In this document: piece after piece, positions 52,783 to 61,462 of the stretch | How the letters are laid out: every line of letters begins with the position of its first letter | Numbering within the stretch: the first letter of the stretch is position 1 | Source of the DNA: an uncultured Gammaproteobacteria bacterium | GTDB lineage: Bacteria; Patescibacteriota; Patescibacteriia; UBA9570 | Length of the DNA stretch: 61,462 nt | Reading direction: 5' to 3' | NCBI GenBank assembly: GCA_964385285.1 | Contig: CAYLOJ010000007.1 | Span: 1 to 61,462, forward strand | Position numbers and translations under genes: made by a program | The notes under the pieces: model-generated | What the model saw: the letters and a program-made list of their open reading frames with translations, nothing else | Databases searched by the model: none | What the model was told of the DNA's origin: nothing

Positions 52783-53994
52783 TTAATAATGTTTGTTAAT
52801 ATACTGTTTAAAGCGTTCCATTCCTTTGTGAATATCAGCCTCTGTGCTGCCAAAGCAGAAACGTAAATGCGATCGCCCGTGCGGACCAAAGGCACTTCCC
52901 GGTACAACAGTTACCTTGGCTTCGCGTAGGAGATCAACTGCAAAGGCCACGTCGTCTACCGGCTTCAGGAATTTTACAAATACATAATAACTACCCGCTG
53001 GCTGCACATAGCTCACGACATCCTTCAGTTCATCTAGGTGCTGACACATCAGATTACGTCGATGCTCTAACGTATCGCGTAGTTCAACGACACAGGATTG
53101 ATCACCCGTGAGCGCAGTCAGAGCCGCTAACTGCGACGGGCGTGGAGCCGATACAATCGTATTGTCATGCATCTTTAATAGTTGTCGAATCATGCCAGGC
53201 TCCGCCACGGTATAGCCGACACGATAACCGGTCATAACATATTCCTTCGAGAAGCTGAAACAAGCTACCCGTTGATAGCGCAGTCGCTCATCCGTAAATA
53301 GCGTCGGACAAGGTGCGCCGCCATAGGTAAGAAAATGATACGGCTCATCGGTGATTAATAGCAGATTATGCTGTAACACAATCTCTGCAACAGCATCTAA
53401 CTCGGCTTGGGTGAAAATCGTGCCTGTTGGATTATTTGGTGAACAGATGATAACAGCTTTCGTTTTTGCCGTCACTAATTTTGGAAGATCTGCGACGTTA
53501 AAATGCCAACCGTTCTCTTCCTGAAGTGGTAAAAACACGGGCACACCACCAGCCAAGCGGATTTGTTCAATGTACGAAGCAAACCCCGGATCGGTAATGA
53601 TTACCTCATCACCTGGGTTCACGACGGTTTGAATGGTCACCATCAACATCTCCATCGCACCCGCAGAGATTACAATTTCATTCGCAGGGTCAACGGTGAC
53701 CTGAAAATCACGCTGCAACTTTTCAGCGACAGCTTGGCGTAAAGATAACAAACCCAGCGAAGGTGCGTACTGACCAGAGGCGGGATCATGATCTAATGCC
53801 TCTTTTAAGCCTGCCCGAATATGTTCAGGTGTTGGGACATGTGGTATCCCCCAAGCAAACGAGACCACATCGTCCATCGTGGAAGCTAAATACGCCATCT
53901 CTTTAATCGGTGAGATAATCATCTGTCGCACACGATCGCTGATGTGATCTGTACGCTGGGCTAAACCGGCTTGCTCTAATGCAGAACGACTCAT
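52783..53994 (-). CDS. Class I/II pyridoxal-phosphate aminotransferase
   Basis: [18 protein letters not shown]-lysine motif. Confidence 0.8.
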   Translation of the reverse strand: MSRSALEQAGLAQRTDHISDRVRQMIISPIKEMAYLASTMDDVVSFAWGIPHVPTPEHIRAGLKEALDHDPASGQYAPSLGLLSLRQAVAEKLQRDFQVTVDPANEIVISAGAMEMLMVTIQTVVNPGDEVIITDPGFASYIEQIRLAGGVPVFLPLQEENGWHFNVADLPKLVTAKTKAVIICSPNNPTGTIFTQAELDAVAEIVLQHNLLLITDEPYHFLTYGGAPCPTLFTDERLRYQRVACFSFSKEYVMTGYRVGYTVAEPGMIRQLLKMHDNTIVSAPRPSQLAALTALTGDQSCVVELRDTLEHRRNLMCQHLDELKDVVSYVQPAGSYYVFVKFLKPVDDVAFAVDLLREAKVTVVPGSAFGPHGRSHLRFCFGSTEADIHKGMERFKQYINKHY

Positions 53995-55841
53995 AAGGAT
54001 TTCAAGCTAGCTTTATAGCAAAGAATATTATAAGCCGATTGGAAGGCTTGAATCGAAGCCACAATCACATCGGGTGAGGTGGAAGTACCGGTTACTTCCG
54101 TGCCATTAGCGTCTTTCAAGCTAAGCGCCACTCGCACTACGGCATCAGTTCCCCCAGTATCGATCTCCACTTTATAGTTGGAGAGCTCAGCCTGGAGTTG
54201 AGCATGTTGTTTCAATAATTTTTGTAGTGCTTGAATGATAGCATCCACTGGACCAACGCCTACCGCATGCTCTTCCATGATCTGTCCGGCAAAATTTAAT
54301 TTCACCCACGCCAACGGTTTTTTATGTTGCTGCGTATGGACTTCAAAATCCACTACTTCCAATATCGGTTTTTCGCCGTAATAGTCGTGTAGAACTGTCT
54401 CGATAATGCCTTGCAAATCCGCGACGTGCATCTTATCGGTTTTCTCGTGGAACAGTTGGATCTGTCGCATGACTTCATCTAAATAGCCCGCTTGCAGAGA
54501 GATATTAAATTGTTTTTGTACCATCTGCAGTACATCAGTAGCAGCCGGTACTGCGGTCCATAGGAGATCCGATTTCGCTTCCGTACTTGAGCGCACATTA
54601 TACATCTGCAGATCAAAATAACGACTCACTTCCAAGGCACTAGGTTCGAGTACTTGTGGTTTGGGCATGATGCTGATGATGCTGTTTGGATCTTTTAATC
54701 CGGCGCCGGTTAACACCACCACAACAGTGTCAGCACTGCTTATTAAGCCATCAGTCAACATCTGTGGTAATGCCGCTATCCCAAGAGCAGCTGAAGGCTC
54801 TACAAAGACACCTTCAGTATGGGATAGCAGGTATTGGTTTGGGATAATCGCTTGCTCAGAGACCGACACCCCAGCGCCCTGTGATTCATATAGGGCTGGC
54901 AAAGCTTTGGTATCATCCAATGGGCTACCAATGCCAACTGCAGAGGCAACGGATTTTACCTGATCCATGCGGTTGGCGGTTGTCTTCTTCTGCTCCCAAG
55001 CAGAGACGATGGTAGGTGCGGTATCGGGTTGGACACCAATCATGCGGGGCACTTTGTTCACGACGCCCAAGCGCAATAGATCTTTCCATCCTTTGTAGAT
55101 GGCAGCGATATTGGTTCCACAACCCATCGGCACCACCATCACATCGGGAACATCTCCGCCCAGCTGTTGATAAACTTCGTAGGCTAATGTTTTTTGACCC
55201 TCACCTCGAAATACGTAATCTCCAGCTACATAGAAACCTTGGCTTTTAGCAGCCGTATCACACATGACGACACAATCGGCATACGAACCACGCAACGTTA
55301 CCACATGCGCTCCATAGGCTAGCGATTGCGATAACTTCCCAATCGGCGTGCCTTCTGGTACAAACACAAAGCACGGTAAATTAGCGACGGCAGCATAAGC
55401 AGAAACCGAAGCGGCCATATTTCCGGTTGAAGCACAACAGATTGCCTTAGCTCCTAGTTCTTTTGCTTTGGTCACCTCTAAGAGTGAACCACGATCTTTA
55501 AATACACCCGTGGGGTTGGCACTTTCATTCTTAACATACAATTTGGGTAAGCCCAGTTGTTGACCCAATTTATGTAATTGTTGCAGTGGAGTGTGGCCTT
55601 CATTCAAACTAACGTAATCGATCTTTGTATCGCTGAATGGGTATAACGCTTGGTACTGCAATAAGGAAGTTAACGGTTGGTCAAAAATCTTTACATCAAC
55701 ACGTGCACGCAAAGCCTCATCTGTGTACGTCACATCCAATGCTCCATCGCAGGCTAAACAGCGCGTTGCCGTCTCTGTTTCTAAATACGTTGCTTGGCAA
55801 CTAACACATTCTAATCGGTACCAGGGTTGAGTCGTTGTCAT
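53991..55841 (-). CDS. Threonine-synthase-fold PLP enzyme fused to a C-terminal LeuA-type allosteric (LeuA_dimer) domain
   Basis: N-terminal Zn ribbon CxxC...CxxC. PLP-lysine motif GVFKDRGS. ASTGNMAAS. The C-terminal ~130 aa ends ...VEIDTGGTDAVVRVALSL...GTSTSPDVIVASIQAFQSAYN, typical of the LeuA regulatory domain. Confidence 0.7.
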   Translation of the reverse strand: MTTTQPWYRLECVSCQATYLETETATRCLACDGALDVTYTDEALRARVDVKIFDQPLTSLLQYQALYPFSDTKIDYVSLNEGHTPLQQLHKLGQQLGLPKLYVKNESANPTGVFKDRGSLLEVTKAKELGAKAICCASTGNMAASVSAYAAVANLPCFVFVPEGTPIGKLSQSLAYGAHVVTLRGSYADCVVMCDTAAKSQGFYVAGDYVFRGEGQKTLAYEVYQQLGGDVPDVMVVPMGCGTNIAAIYKGWKDLLRLGVVNKVPRMIGVQPDTAPTIVSAWEQKKTTANRMDQVKSVASAVGIGSPLDDTKALPALYESQGAGVSVSEQAIIPNQYLLSHTEGVFVEPSAALGIAALPQMLTDGLISSADTVVVVLTGAGLKDPNSIISIMPKPQVLEPSALEVSRYFDLQMYNVRSSTEAKSDLLWTAVPAATDVLQMVQKQFNISLQAGYLDEVMRQIQLFHEKTDKMHVADLQGIIETVLHDYYGEKPILEVVDFEVHTQQHKKPLAWVKLNFAGQIMEEHAVGVGPVDAIIQALQKLLKQHAQLQAELSNYKVEIDTGGTDAVVRVALSLKDANGTEVTGTSTSPDVIVASIQAFQSAYNILCYKASLKSL

Positions 55842-55845
55842 AGCA

Positions 55846-56160
55846 TTATGCGTTTATTGGTAAAACTCGTCCGCTCCACACGACAAGCAAATCGACACCA
55901 TCCGGGCCACTATGAGCAGTATGGACAGATTGCGCATCATTTTTGATGAAGTGTCCTGTGGCAAAGGTGCCGCGTTCATCAGTCATCTCCCCACGCAGTA
56001 CATAGGCCCATTCAAATTTGGGATGTAGATGCCGTTCCAGTTGAGTGTTGGGTTCAATCTGCATCAAATCACATTGCAAATCGAGATCCTCAATGCGATC
56101 TAAACGCTTATGTGTGACGTTGGCACGGAGCGGCTGCCAAGGGAGTTGCGTGGTGTCCAT
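55846..56160 (-). CDS. Cupin-domain protein
   Basis: HLHPKFEWAYVLRGE...H cupin metal motif. Confidence 0.6.
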   Translation of the reverse strand: MDTTQLPWQPLRANVTHKRLDRIEDLDLQCDLMQIEPNTQLERHLHPKFEWAYVLRGEMTDERGTFATGHFIKNDAQSVHTAHSGPDGVDLLVVWSGRVLPINA

Positions 56161-56192
56161 AGAGTGTTGGGTTGGAAAGTTATTGTATTAAT

Positions 56193-56322
56193 CAAAACGG
56201 CTGCTTAGTGAGCAGCCGGTGGGATTCAATGGAGTTGTGTGAAGTTTACGCCAATGCCGACTGCCTAATAGAGGAGCTAATAATGCCGATAATACTAATG
56301 TTGAGGCGTGCAGTAAACATTG
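56193..56322 (-). ncRNA. Candidate ~130-nt sRNA, or the long 3' UTR of the carboxypeptidase gene
   Basis: TTGACA (56352-56357), 17 nt, TACCAT (56329-56334), directly after the 56377 stop. Terminator CGGCUGC-UCACUAA-GCAGCCG plus U4 at 56194-56218. No ORF. Confidence 0.3.
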
Positions 56323-56376
56323 ATCCGAATGGTACAGGGCTAATAAAAAAATGTCAATTTCGCTTGTGAATAATCG

Positions 56377-57315
56377 TTACCACTGGTAATGGTCAAAAGC
56401 CCAATGCACTAACTCTGCGCTATCTTCAAAGCGACTATCTTCATCTGGAGCACCTAATAACACCACAAAAATTTGATTTCCAGCCTCATCTTCAGCAATC
56501 GTGGCCAAGCAATTCCCTGCCTCATAGGTAAAGCCGGTTTTTCCAGCAATCACATATTGCTCATGATTCTTAATCAGACGATTGGTTGTTTTTACTAACA
56601 CTTCATTCTGTGGATCGTTCTGTCTAGCCATGCGATGCTCCGTCGCACCCATCGGTTCCAACAAAAAATCGTCCGCGCTGATTGTCCGTAATAGTAGTGC
56701 TAATTCACGACTCGTGGAAACATTTTCTGCTGACAAACCGGTGGGCTCTGCATAGTGAGTATGCGTCATTCCCAGCAACTGCGCCTTGGCATTCATCGCT
56801 GCGACAAACTCTGCTTCGGGCAAGCCTGTGCTATGTGCGACCGCAGCCGCCGCCGCATTGATTGAGCCGACTAAGGTAGTTTTTAAGAGATCATGTTTAG
56901 TAAACGTATCCCCCACGCCACCAGCAAAGGCAGATCCACCCAAACTTATCTCTCCCCAGGTTAAGGTATATGGATCATCCCAGTTGGTAATATAATCTTC
57001 CGCAACGTATGCGGTCATCAATTTGGTAATACTCGCAATCGGTAACACGGTATCAGGTTCTTTTTCCCACAATACTACTCCAGAATCTGCGTCCATAATA
57101 ATCGCGGAAATAGCTGTAATACTGGGACCGGTATCTGCATCTATTTTTTCTGGAATGGTGCGAAATACTGGAGCAGGCAACACTTTGACATCCACCGGCT
57201 CAGCCAAATGATGGCTAGGAAAGACAATCCAATTTGGCTGTGATAACGCCTGTGGCAAACTCATTCCAGATAACGTACCAAAGACTGCAATAATCAGAAG
57301 GAGGTTGTCGAACAT
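56377..57315 (-). CDS. D-alanyl-D-alanine carboxypeptidase (S11 family)
   Basis: Signal peptide. SxxK motif ASITK. Confidence 0.8.
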   Translation of the reverse strand: MFDNLLLIIAVFGTLSGMSLPQALSQPNWIVFPSHHLAEPVDVKVLPAPVFRTIPEKIDADTGPSITAISAIIMDADSGVVLWEKEPDTVLPIASITKLMTAYVAEDYITNWDDPYTLTWGEISLGGSAFAGGVGDTFTKHDLLKTTLVGSINAAAAAVAHSTGLPEAEFVAAMNAKAQLLGMTHTHYAEPTGLSAENVSTSRELALLLRTISADDFLLEPMGATEHRMARQNDPQNEVLVKTTNRLIKNHEQYVIAGKTGFTYEAGNCLATIAEDEAGNQIFVVLLGAPDEDSRFEDSAELVHWAFDHYQW

Positions 57316-57320
57316 ATGAG

Positions 57321-58040
57321 CTAATCAACGATATCTTCACGCTTAATAATCTGCCACTTGCCTTCGGGTAAATTACCAAGCGTTAAATGGCCAACGCGCG
57401 TACGCAGTAACGCACGTACCCGATTATTGCGCAGTTCCACCATGCGGCGGATCTGGCGGTTCCAACCTTGCTTTAACACAATCTTAAATTGAAATTCATC
57501 AATCTGGTCCAAAGAATCATTACGCCCAGTGTTTCCCTCTTCTAGTTTTACCCCTTTACTCCAAGCAGTAAAATCCGATTGGCGTAATGGATATTTTACT
57601 CCCACCCAATATTCTTTTTCATGCTGGTAACTGGGATGTGTCAGCTGCTGAATCAGCTCACCATCGTCCGTAAATAACACTAGCCCTTCACTGTTTTTAT
57701 CTAGGCGACCAACCGGACGCACATGCTGTAAACTTTCTGGCAACAATTCCATCACCGATTGTTCATTCTCAAATTGGGCACGTGTGACTACGTATCCTTT
57801 TGGTTTATTCAGCATCACATAGGTGTAGTTGGCCGGCTTAGCATCAATCCGTTTTCCATTGACAATCACATCTGGGTTGCTATCCGGATCAACCTTATCC
57901 CCTAACTGAGCTAATTTACCATTCACCACCACATGACCACGACTAATCAGATCATCCGCCTGACGACGCGCAAACTTCGTTTGACTAGCAATGTATTTAT
58001 TGAGACGGACTAAATTCTTATTGGACTGACCCATCGACAT
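57321..58040 (-). CDS. rluB: 23S rRNA pseudouridine synthase, RluB/RsuA family
   Basis: S4 domain followed by the RLDKNSEGL catalytic Asp motif. Confidence 0.85.
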   Translation of the reverse strand: MSMGQSNKNLVRLNKYIASQTKFARRQADDLISRGHVVVNGKLAQLGDKVDPDSNPDVIVNGKRIDAKPANYTYVMLNKPKGYVVTRAQFENEQSVMELLPESLQHVRPVGRLDKNSEGLVLFTDDGELIQQLTHPSYQHEKEYWVGVKYPLRQSDFTAWSKGVKLEEGNTGRNDSLDQIDEFQFKIVLKQGWNRQIRRMVELRNNRVRALLRTRVGHLTLGNLPEGKWQIIKREDIVD

Positions 58041-58644
58041 GTGTGTTATCCTCGGTTGGATTTTGGTTGAAGAAATCTCCGGGTTTCTCTAATAAAGCGA
58101 GGCGTTCACCAATTTGAATATCACGATGCAACCGTTCGTAATCTGGTAATTCAGCCACAGTCTGAACTCCTAACAATTGTAAATATTCAGGTGTAATATC
58201 GTAGACTTCAACGGCCTTTAATTTATCCATGGTTTCCGTAATTAAACCACGAATCAACAGGTTGCGCAGAATGAGCGTGCAATTCACACCTCGGATCGCT
58301 TCCAATTCAGCTTTAGTAATTGGACTACGGTAAGCAATAATCGATAACGTTTCTAGCGAAGGTTTAGTGAGTTCACCAGAGCGCTCATCTTTAATAATTT
58401 GTGCAATCAAATCATGAACAACCGGGGCGGTGGTTAATTGTGCCTCACTACCGGTCATGCTCAAATATATCCCCCGGTCCGCGGTGGTTTGCGCATAGGC
58501 TTGGAGGGCGGCTTGCACAGCTTCACTGGAACTATTCGTCCATTTAGCCAACTTAGTGAAGCTGACTGGTTTAGCCATCACAAACAGAATGGCTTCAATT
58601 TGCTGGATTAACGTGGGTTCCATAGGTGTTTGATCTACTTGCAT
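58018..58644 (-). CDS. scpB: Segregation and condensation protein B
   Basis: Tandem winged-helix ScpB pattern (IEAILF..., ETLSIIAYRSPITKAELEAIRGV). Confidence 0.85.
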   Translation of the reverse strand: MQVDQTPMEPTLIQQIEAILFVMAKPVSFTKLAKWTNSSSEAVQAALQAYAQTTADRGIYLSMTGSEAQLTTAPVVHDLIAQIIKDERSGELTKPSLETLSIIAYRSPITKAELEAIRGVNCTLILRNLLIRGLITETMDKLKAVEVYDITPEYLQLLGVQTVAELPDYERLHRDIQIGERLALLEKPGDFFNQNPTEDNTHVDGSVQ

Positions 58645-59336
58645 ACGATGAGTATATCACTAAAACGCTGGGTCTGCTCTACAGAGACACTGTCTTGCTT
58701 CACCAGTTCTAAAATGGCTAAAAAAGTAAGCACAACGTTCATTTTATCTTGCGCATCAGGAATCAAATCAGAAAATTGTAGTTGCTTATGTTGTTGTAAG
58801 ACAGAATATAACGAGGTGATTTTCTCTTTGAGCGTAGCGGCTTTACGAATAGCCGCCTGCGGAATTTTAATCACTGTATCCAGCCGCGCAATCACTCCTT
58901 CATACCACTCTTGCAGATGATGTGCTTCCACGCCTTTGGGTGGATTAAATTCAACCGTTTCTAACCGCGCAGTAGTCACGGGACGAACCATGGCGTACTG
59001 CCCAGCAGTGATGCGTTCTTCTAACACAGTGGAAGCATCTCGAAACTCCTTGTACATTTTCAAATGCTCTGCCAAATTGGTTGCGGGCTCCTCCTCTTCG
59101 GTAATCAAGTATGGCAATAATTCGCGCGACTTCATGTAGAGCAACCGAGTGGCTACCACCAAAAAATCTGCCAGCTCTTCTGGATACATCTCTTCTACCT
59201 TATCTAAATACTGCAAAAAGGATTCCGCAATTTGTGCTAACGAAATGTCAGTAATCGATAACTGCTCCTGCTCGATGAGTTGCAACAGAACATCGAGCGG
59301 CCCTTGATATTGTTCTAATTTAATCTCGTAAGCCAT
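58635..59336 (-). CDS. scpA: Segregation and condensation protein A
   Basis: FEGPLDLLL-like YQGPLDVLLQLI start and position upstream of scpB. Confidence 0.85.
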   Translation of the reverse strand: MAYEIKLEQYQGPLDVLLQLIEQEQLSITDISLAQIAESFLQYLDKVEEMYPEELADFLVVATRLLYMKSRELLPYLITEEEEPATNLAEHLKMYKEFRDASTVLEERITAGQYAMVRPVTTARLETVEFNPPKGVEAHHLQEWYEGVIARLDTVIKIPQAAIRKAATLKEKITSLYSVLQQHKQLQFSDLIPDAQDKMNVVLTFLAILELVKQDSVSVEQTQRFSDILIVCK

Positions 59337-60717
59337 TAGAGAGTTTCAGTTCAGCTAATTGCGCGGCAGTAGCTGGGGACGGAGAATCCATCATCGGATC
59401 ACGCCCTTCTAAGGTTTTTGGGAAAGCGATCACATCTCGAATTCCTGTCTCCCCTGCTAATATCGCCACTAAACGATCTAAGCCAAAGGCGATACCACCG
59501 TGGGGTGGCGCACCAAAACTAAATGCCTCCATCATGTGACCAAAGTTCTGCATGATACTGGCTTCATCATAACCAAGAATTTCCAAGACACGTTTCAATA
59601 ACTCTGGTTGATGATTGCGAATACTACCACCGCCGATCTCAAAGCCATTCAATACTAAGTCGTACTGTGTGGTAAGAATCTCACCCAAGTGTTCTTTGTT
59701 ATTCAACCAAGCCTCGTGTTCAGGAATAGCGGCAGAGAATGGATTATGGGTAAAGGTCCAACCCCCTTGGTCAGTCTTTTCGAAGAATGGGAAGTTGATT
59801 ACCCAGGCTAAGGCTAATTCATTTTTATCGGTTTTATCTTTGCGTAAATCTGGACGATCAATGCCGTATTCTTTCATGACCGCAGCATAATCTAACCGAG
59901 GAATTTCAGTGAAGGTCAATGTCTTCTCTGGAGCCACAGTTTGAATAATCTTCATCACTAATTTCTCGATCAATTCCATCACCATTTCCCGATTTACAAA
60001 ACTCATTTCAGCATCAATTTGTGTAAACTCAACTTGACGATCACCACGAGCATCTTCATCGCGGAAACATTTAGCGATTTGGAAATAACGTTCCATACCC
60101 GCCAACATCAACAATTGTTTATATTGTTGTGGTGATTGTGGTAAGGCATAAAAATTGCCAGGATAATTGCGTGATGGCACCAAGAAATCGCGCGCTCCTT
60201 CCGGAGTAGATTTGGTTAACACGGGAGTTTCGATTTCTGTGAAATCGTGTTCGTAAAAAAACTCACGCGTAGTTTTAGCAATGGTATGGCGCAGTTTCAG
60301 ATTCTTCGCCATCCGTTCACTGCGTAGATCTAAGTAGCGATATTTCAACCGGAGTTCTTCCCCTACTTCGGAAGTATCTTTGTTCACTTCAAACGGAGTG
60401 ACCGCGGATTTATTGATGATCGTTAATTCTAACGCTTCAATTTCAATACTGCCACACACCTGATCAGCTTTAACTTGTTTTGGCGGACGCGCATTCACTT
60501 TACCTTTTAGGGTAATGACATCTTCATGGCCGAGATCACTAGCGACAGTTAACGCTTCCACATGATTAGGTAAAAAGACGACCTGACAGATACCGGTGGC
60601 ATCCCGTAGATCAATAAACACCATTTTGCCCATGTTGCGGCGACGATGCACCCAACCCTGTAATAAGACCTCTTCCCCTACCTGATTGACGCTATCTTTA
60701 ATAATAGTACGTTTCAT
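59320..60717 (-). CDS. aspS: Aspartate--tRNA ligase (short, archaeal/non-discriminating type)
   Basis: Class II motifs (FRDEDARGDRQVEFTQID, GGGSIR, GLDRLV). 465 aa. Confidence 0.85.
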   Translation of the reverse strand: MKRTIIKDSVNQVGEEVLLQGWVHRRRNMGKMVFIDLRDATGICQVVFLPNHVEALTVASDLGHEDVITLKGKVNARPPKQVKADQVCGSIEIEALELTIINKSAVTPFEVNKDTSEVGEELRLKYRYLDLRSERMAKNLKLRHTIAKTTREFFYEHDFTEIETPVLTKSTPEGARDFLVPSRNYPGNFYALPQSPQQYKQLLMLAGMERYFQIAKCFRDEDARGDRQVEFTQIDAEMSFVNREMVMELIEKLVMKIIQTVAPEKTLTFTEIPRLDYAAVMKEYGIDRPDLRKDKTDKNELALAWVINFPFFEKTDQGGWTFTHNPFSAAIPEHEAWLNNKEHLGEILTTQYDLVLNGFEIGGGSIRNHQPELLKRVLEILGYDEASIMQNFGHMMEAFSFGAPPHGGIAFGLDRLVAILAGETGIRDVIAFPKTLEGRDPMMDSPSPATAAQLAELKLSNGLRD

Positions 60718-60754
60718 CCCAGTACTATAGCGTTTTCACTAGATAAAGCAATGT

Positions 60755-61462
60755 TTATGGATAGATGCGATTGATCATGCGTGGGAACGGAATCGTCTCA
60801 CGAATGTGTTTAGTACCAGATAACCATCCGGTAATACGTTCTAAACCATAGCCGAAGCCAGAATGCGGCACAGAACCATAGCGGCGCAGATCCAAATACC
60901 ATTCGTATTCGGCGCGTGGCAAGTTATATTCTTCCAGTTTTTTGACTAACAAATCATAGTCATGAATACGTTCTGAACCACCGATAATTTCACCGTAACC
61001 TTCTGGGGCCAATAGATCAGAGCACAATACATGAGCAGGATCTGTAGGATCAGGTTGCATATAGAAGGCTTTCACCTTGGCTGGATATTTCATCACAAAC
61101 ACTGGCACATCATGTTGGCTAGTAATGAGCGTCTCATCATCAGCACCTAAATCATCATCTTCTTTAATATCACTACCTAACTTGTGCAACTCTTTGACCG
61201 CATCCATGTGCGTCATGCGAATGAATGGTTTATCTAACACGGCTTGCAATGGTTTAAGATCACGTTCTAAGATCGCTAATTCCGCTTGATTGTGCTCAAG
61301 TACATATTTCACAATCGCTTTGATCAACGCCTCTTGTACATCCATGTTACCAACATAATCCACAAAGGCCATTTCAGCATCCATCATCCAGAATTCAGTT
61401 AAATGACGACGAGTTTTGGATTTCTCAGCCCGGAAGACAGGACCAAAGTCAAACACCCGACC
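60755..61462 (-). CDS. asnS: Asparagine--tRNA ligase, C-terminal part (5' end lies beyond the window)
   Basis: [23 protein letters not shown] and GFGYGLER class IIb motifs. Confidence 0.85.
   Translation of the reverse strand, partial: GRVFDFGPVFRAEKSKTRRHLTEFWMMDAEMAFVDYVGNMDVQEALIKAIVKYVLEHNQAELAILERDLKPLQAVLDKPFIRMTHMDAVKELHKLGSDIKEDDDLGADDETLITSQHDVPVFVMKYPAKVKAFYMQPDPTDPAHVLCSDLLAPEGYGEIIGGSERIHDYDLLVKKLEEYNLPRAEYEWYLDLRRYGSVPHSGFGYGLERITGWLSGTKHIRETIPFPRMINRIYP

Noticed and set aside
52749-52907. N-terminal extension of ilvD, and the similar extensions of leuB (44530-44547), ilvB (49666-49680), 13596-13727 and 38204-38314
   Set aside because: The extensions overlap upstream genes or AT-rich regulatory DNA. 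Conserved family N-termini or signal peptides start at internal ATGs.

Overview
A 61.5-kb window from a low-to-moderate-GC bacterium that uses the standard genetic code. Most native genes lack a Shine-Dalgarno (SD) sequence.

The backbone is ordinary housekeeping DNA:
- dnaX, corA, cysS and dus.
- The hrcA-grpE-hsp20-dnaK-dnaJ heat-shock cluster with a perfect CIRCE operator.
- gap.
- A long minus-strand ilv/leu branched-chain amino-acid operon.
- dacA-like, rluB, scpBA, aspS and asnS.

About a dozen short GC-rich patches sit on this backbone. By hand count they are about 60-66% GC, against about 37-50% for the flanks. Each patch is one ORF with very high GC3 codon usage and usually a strong SD. 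Each sits behind an AT-rich host-type TTGACA-N17-TAnnnT promoter. Most are followed by a recurring 3' module: an SD-like GGAGGA(A), a long GC hairpin, and often CACCAC.
- Single cassettes lie in housekeeping intergenic gaps at 1.8-2.3 kb, 11.2-12.4 kb and 15.2-15.7 kb.
- A radical-SAM locus lies at 25.1-27.6 kb.
- A modular island lies at 32.2-39.9 kb and abuts tRNA-Glu(CUC), whose last 20 nt are duplicated 158 bp away.

The island is built from repeated parts:
- Five copies of a ~65-nt repeat resembling a tRNA 3' half (R).
- Two families of terminated, highly structured leader RNAs (Y x3, W x2).
- GC-rich genes for secreted proteins and lipoproteins, with MopE-type Cys/Asp repeats and a MYXO-CTERM-like tail.
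- Two canonical type III hammerhead ribozymes, each about 95 nt downstream of a lipoprotein gene.

I found no integrase, transposase, CRISPR array or rRNA in the window. The function and mobility mechanism of the cassette/island system are inference only. All coordinates for RNA elements and promoters were read by hand and may be off by a few nt.
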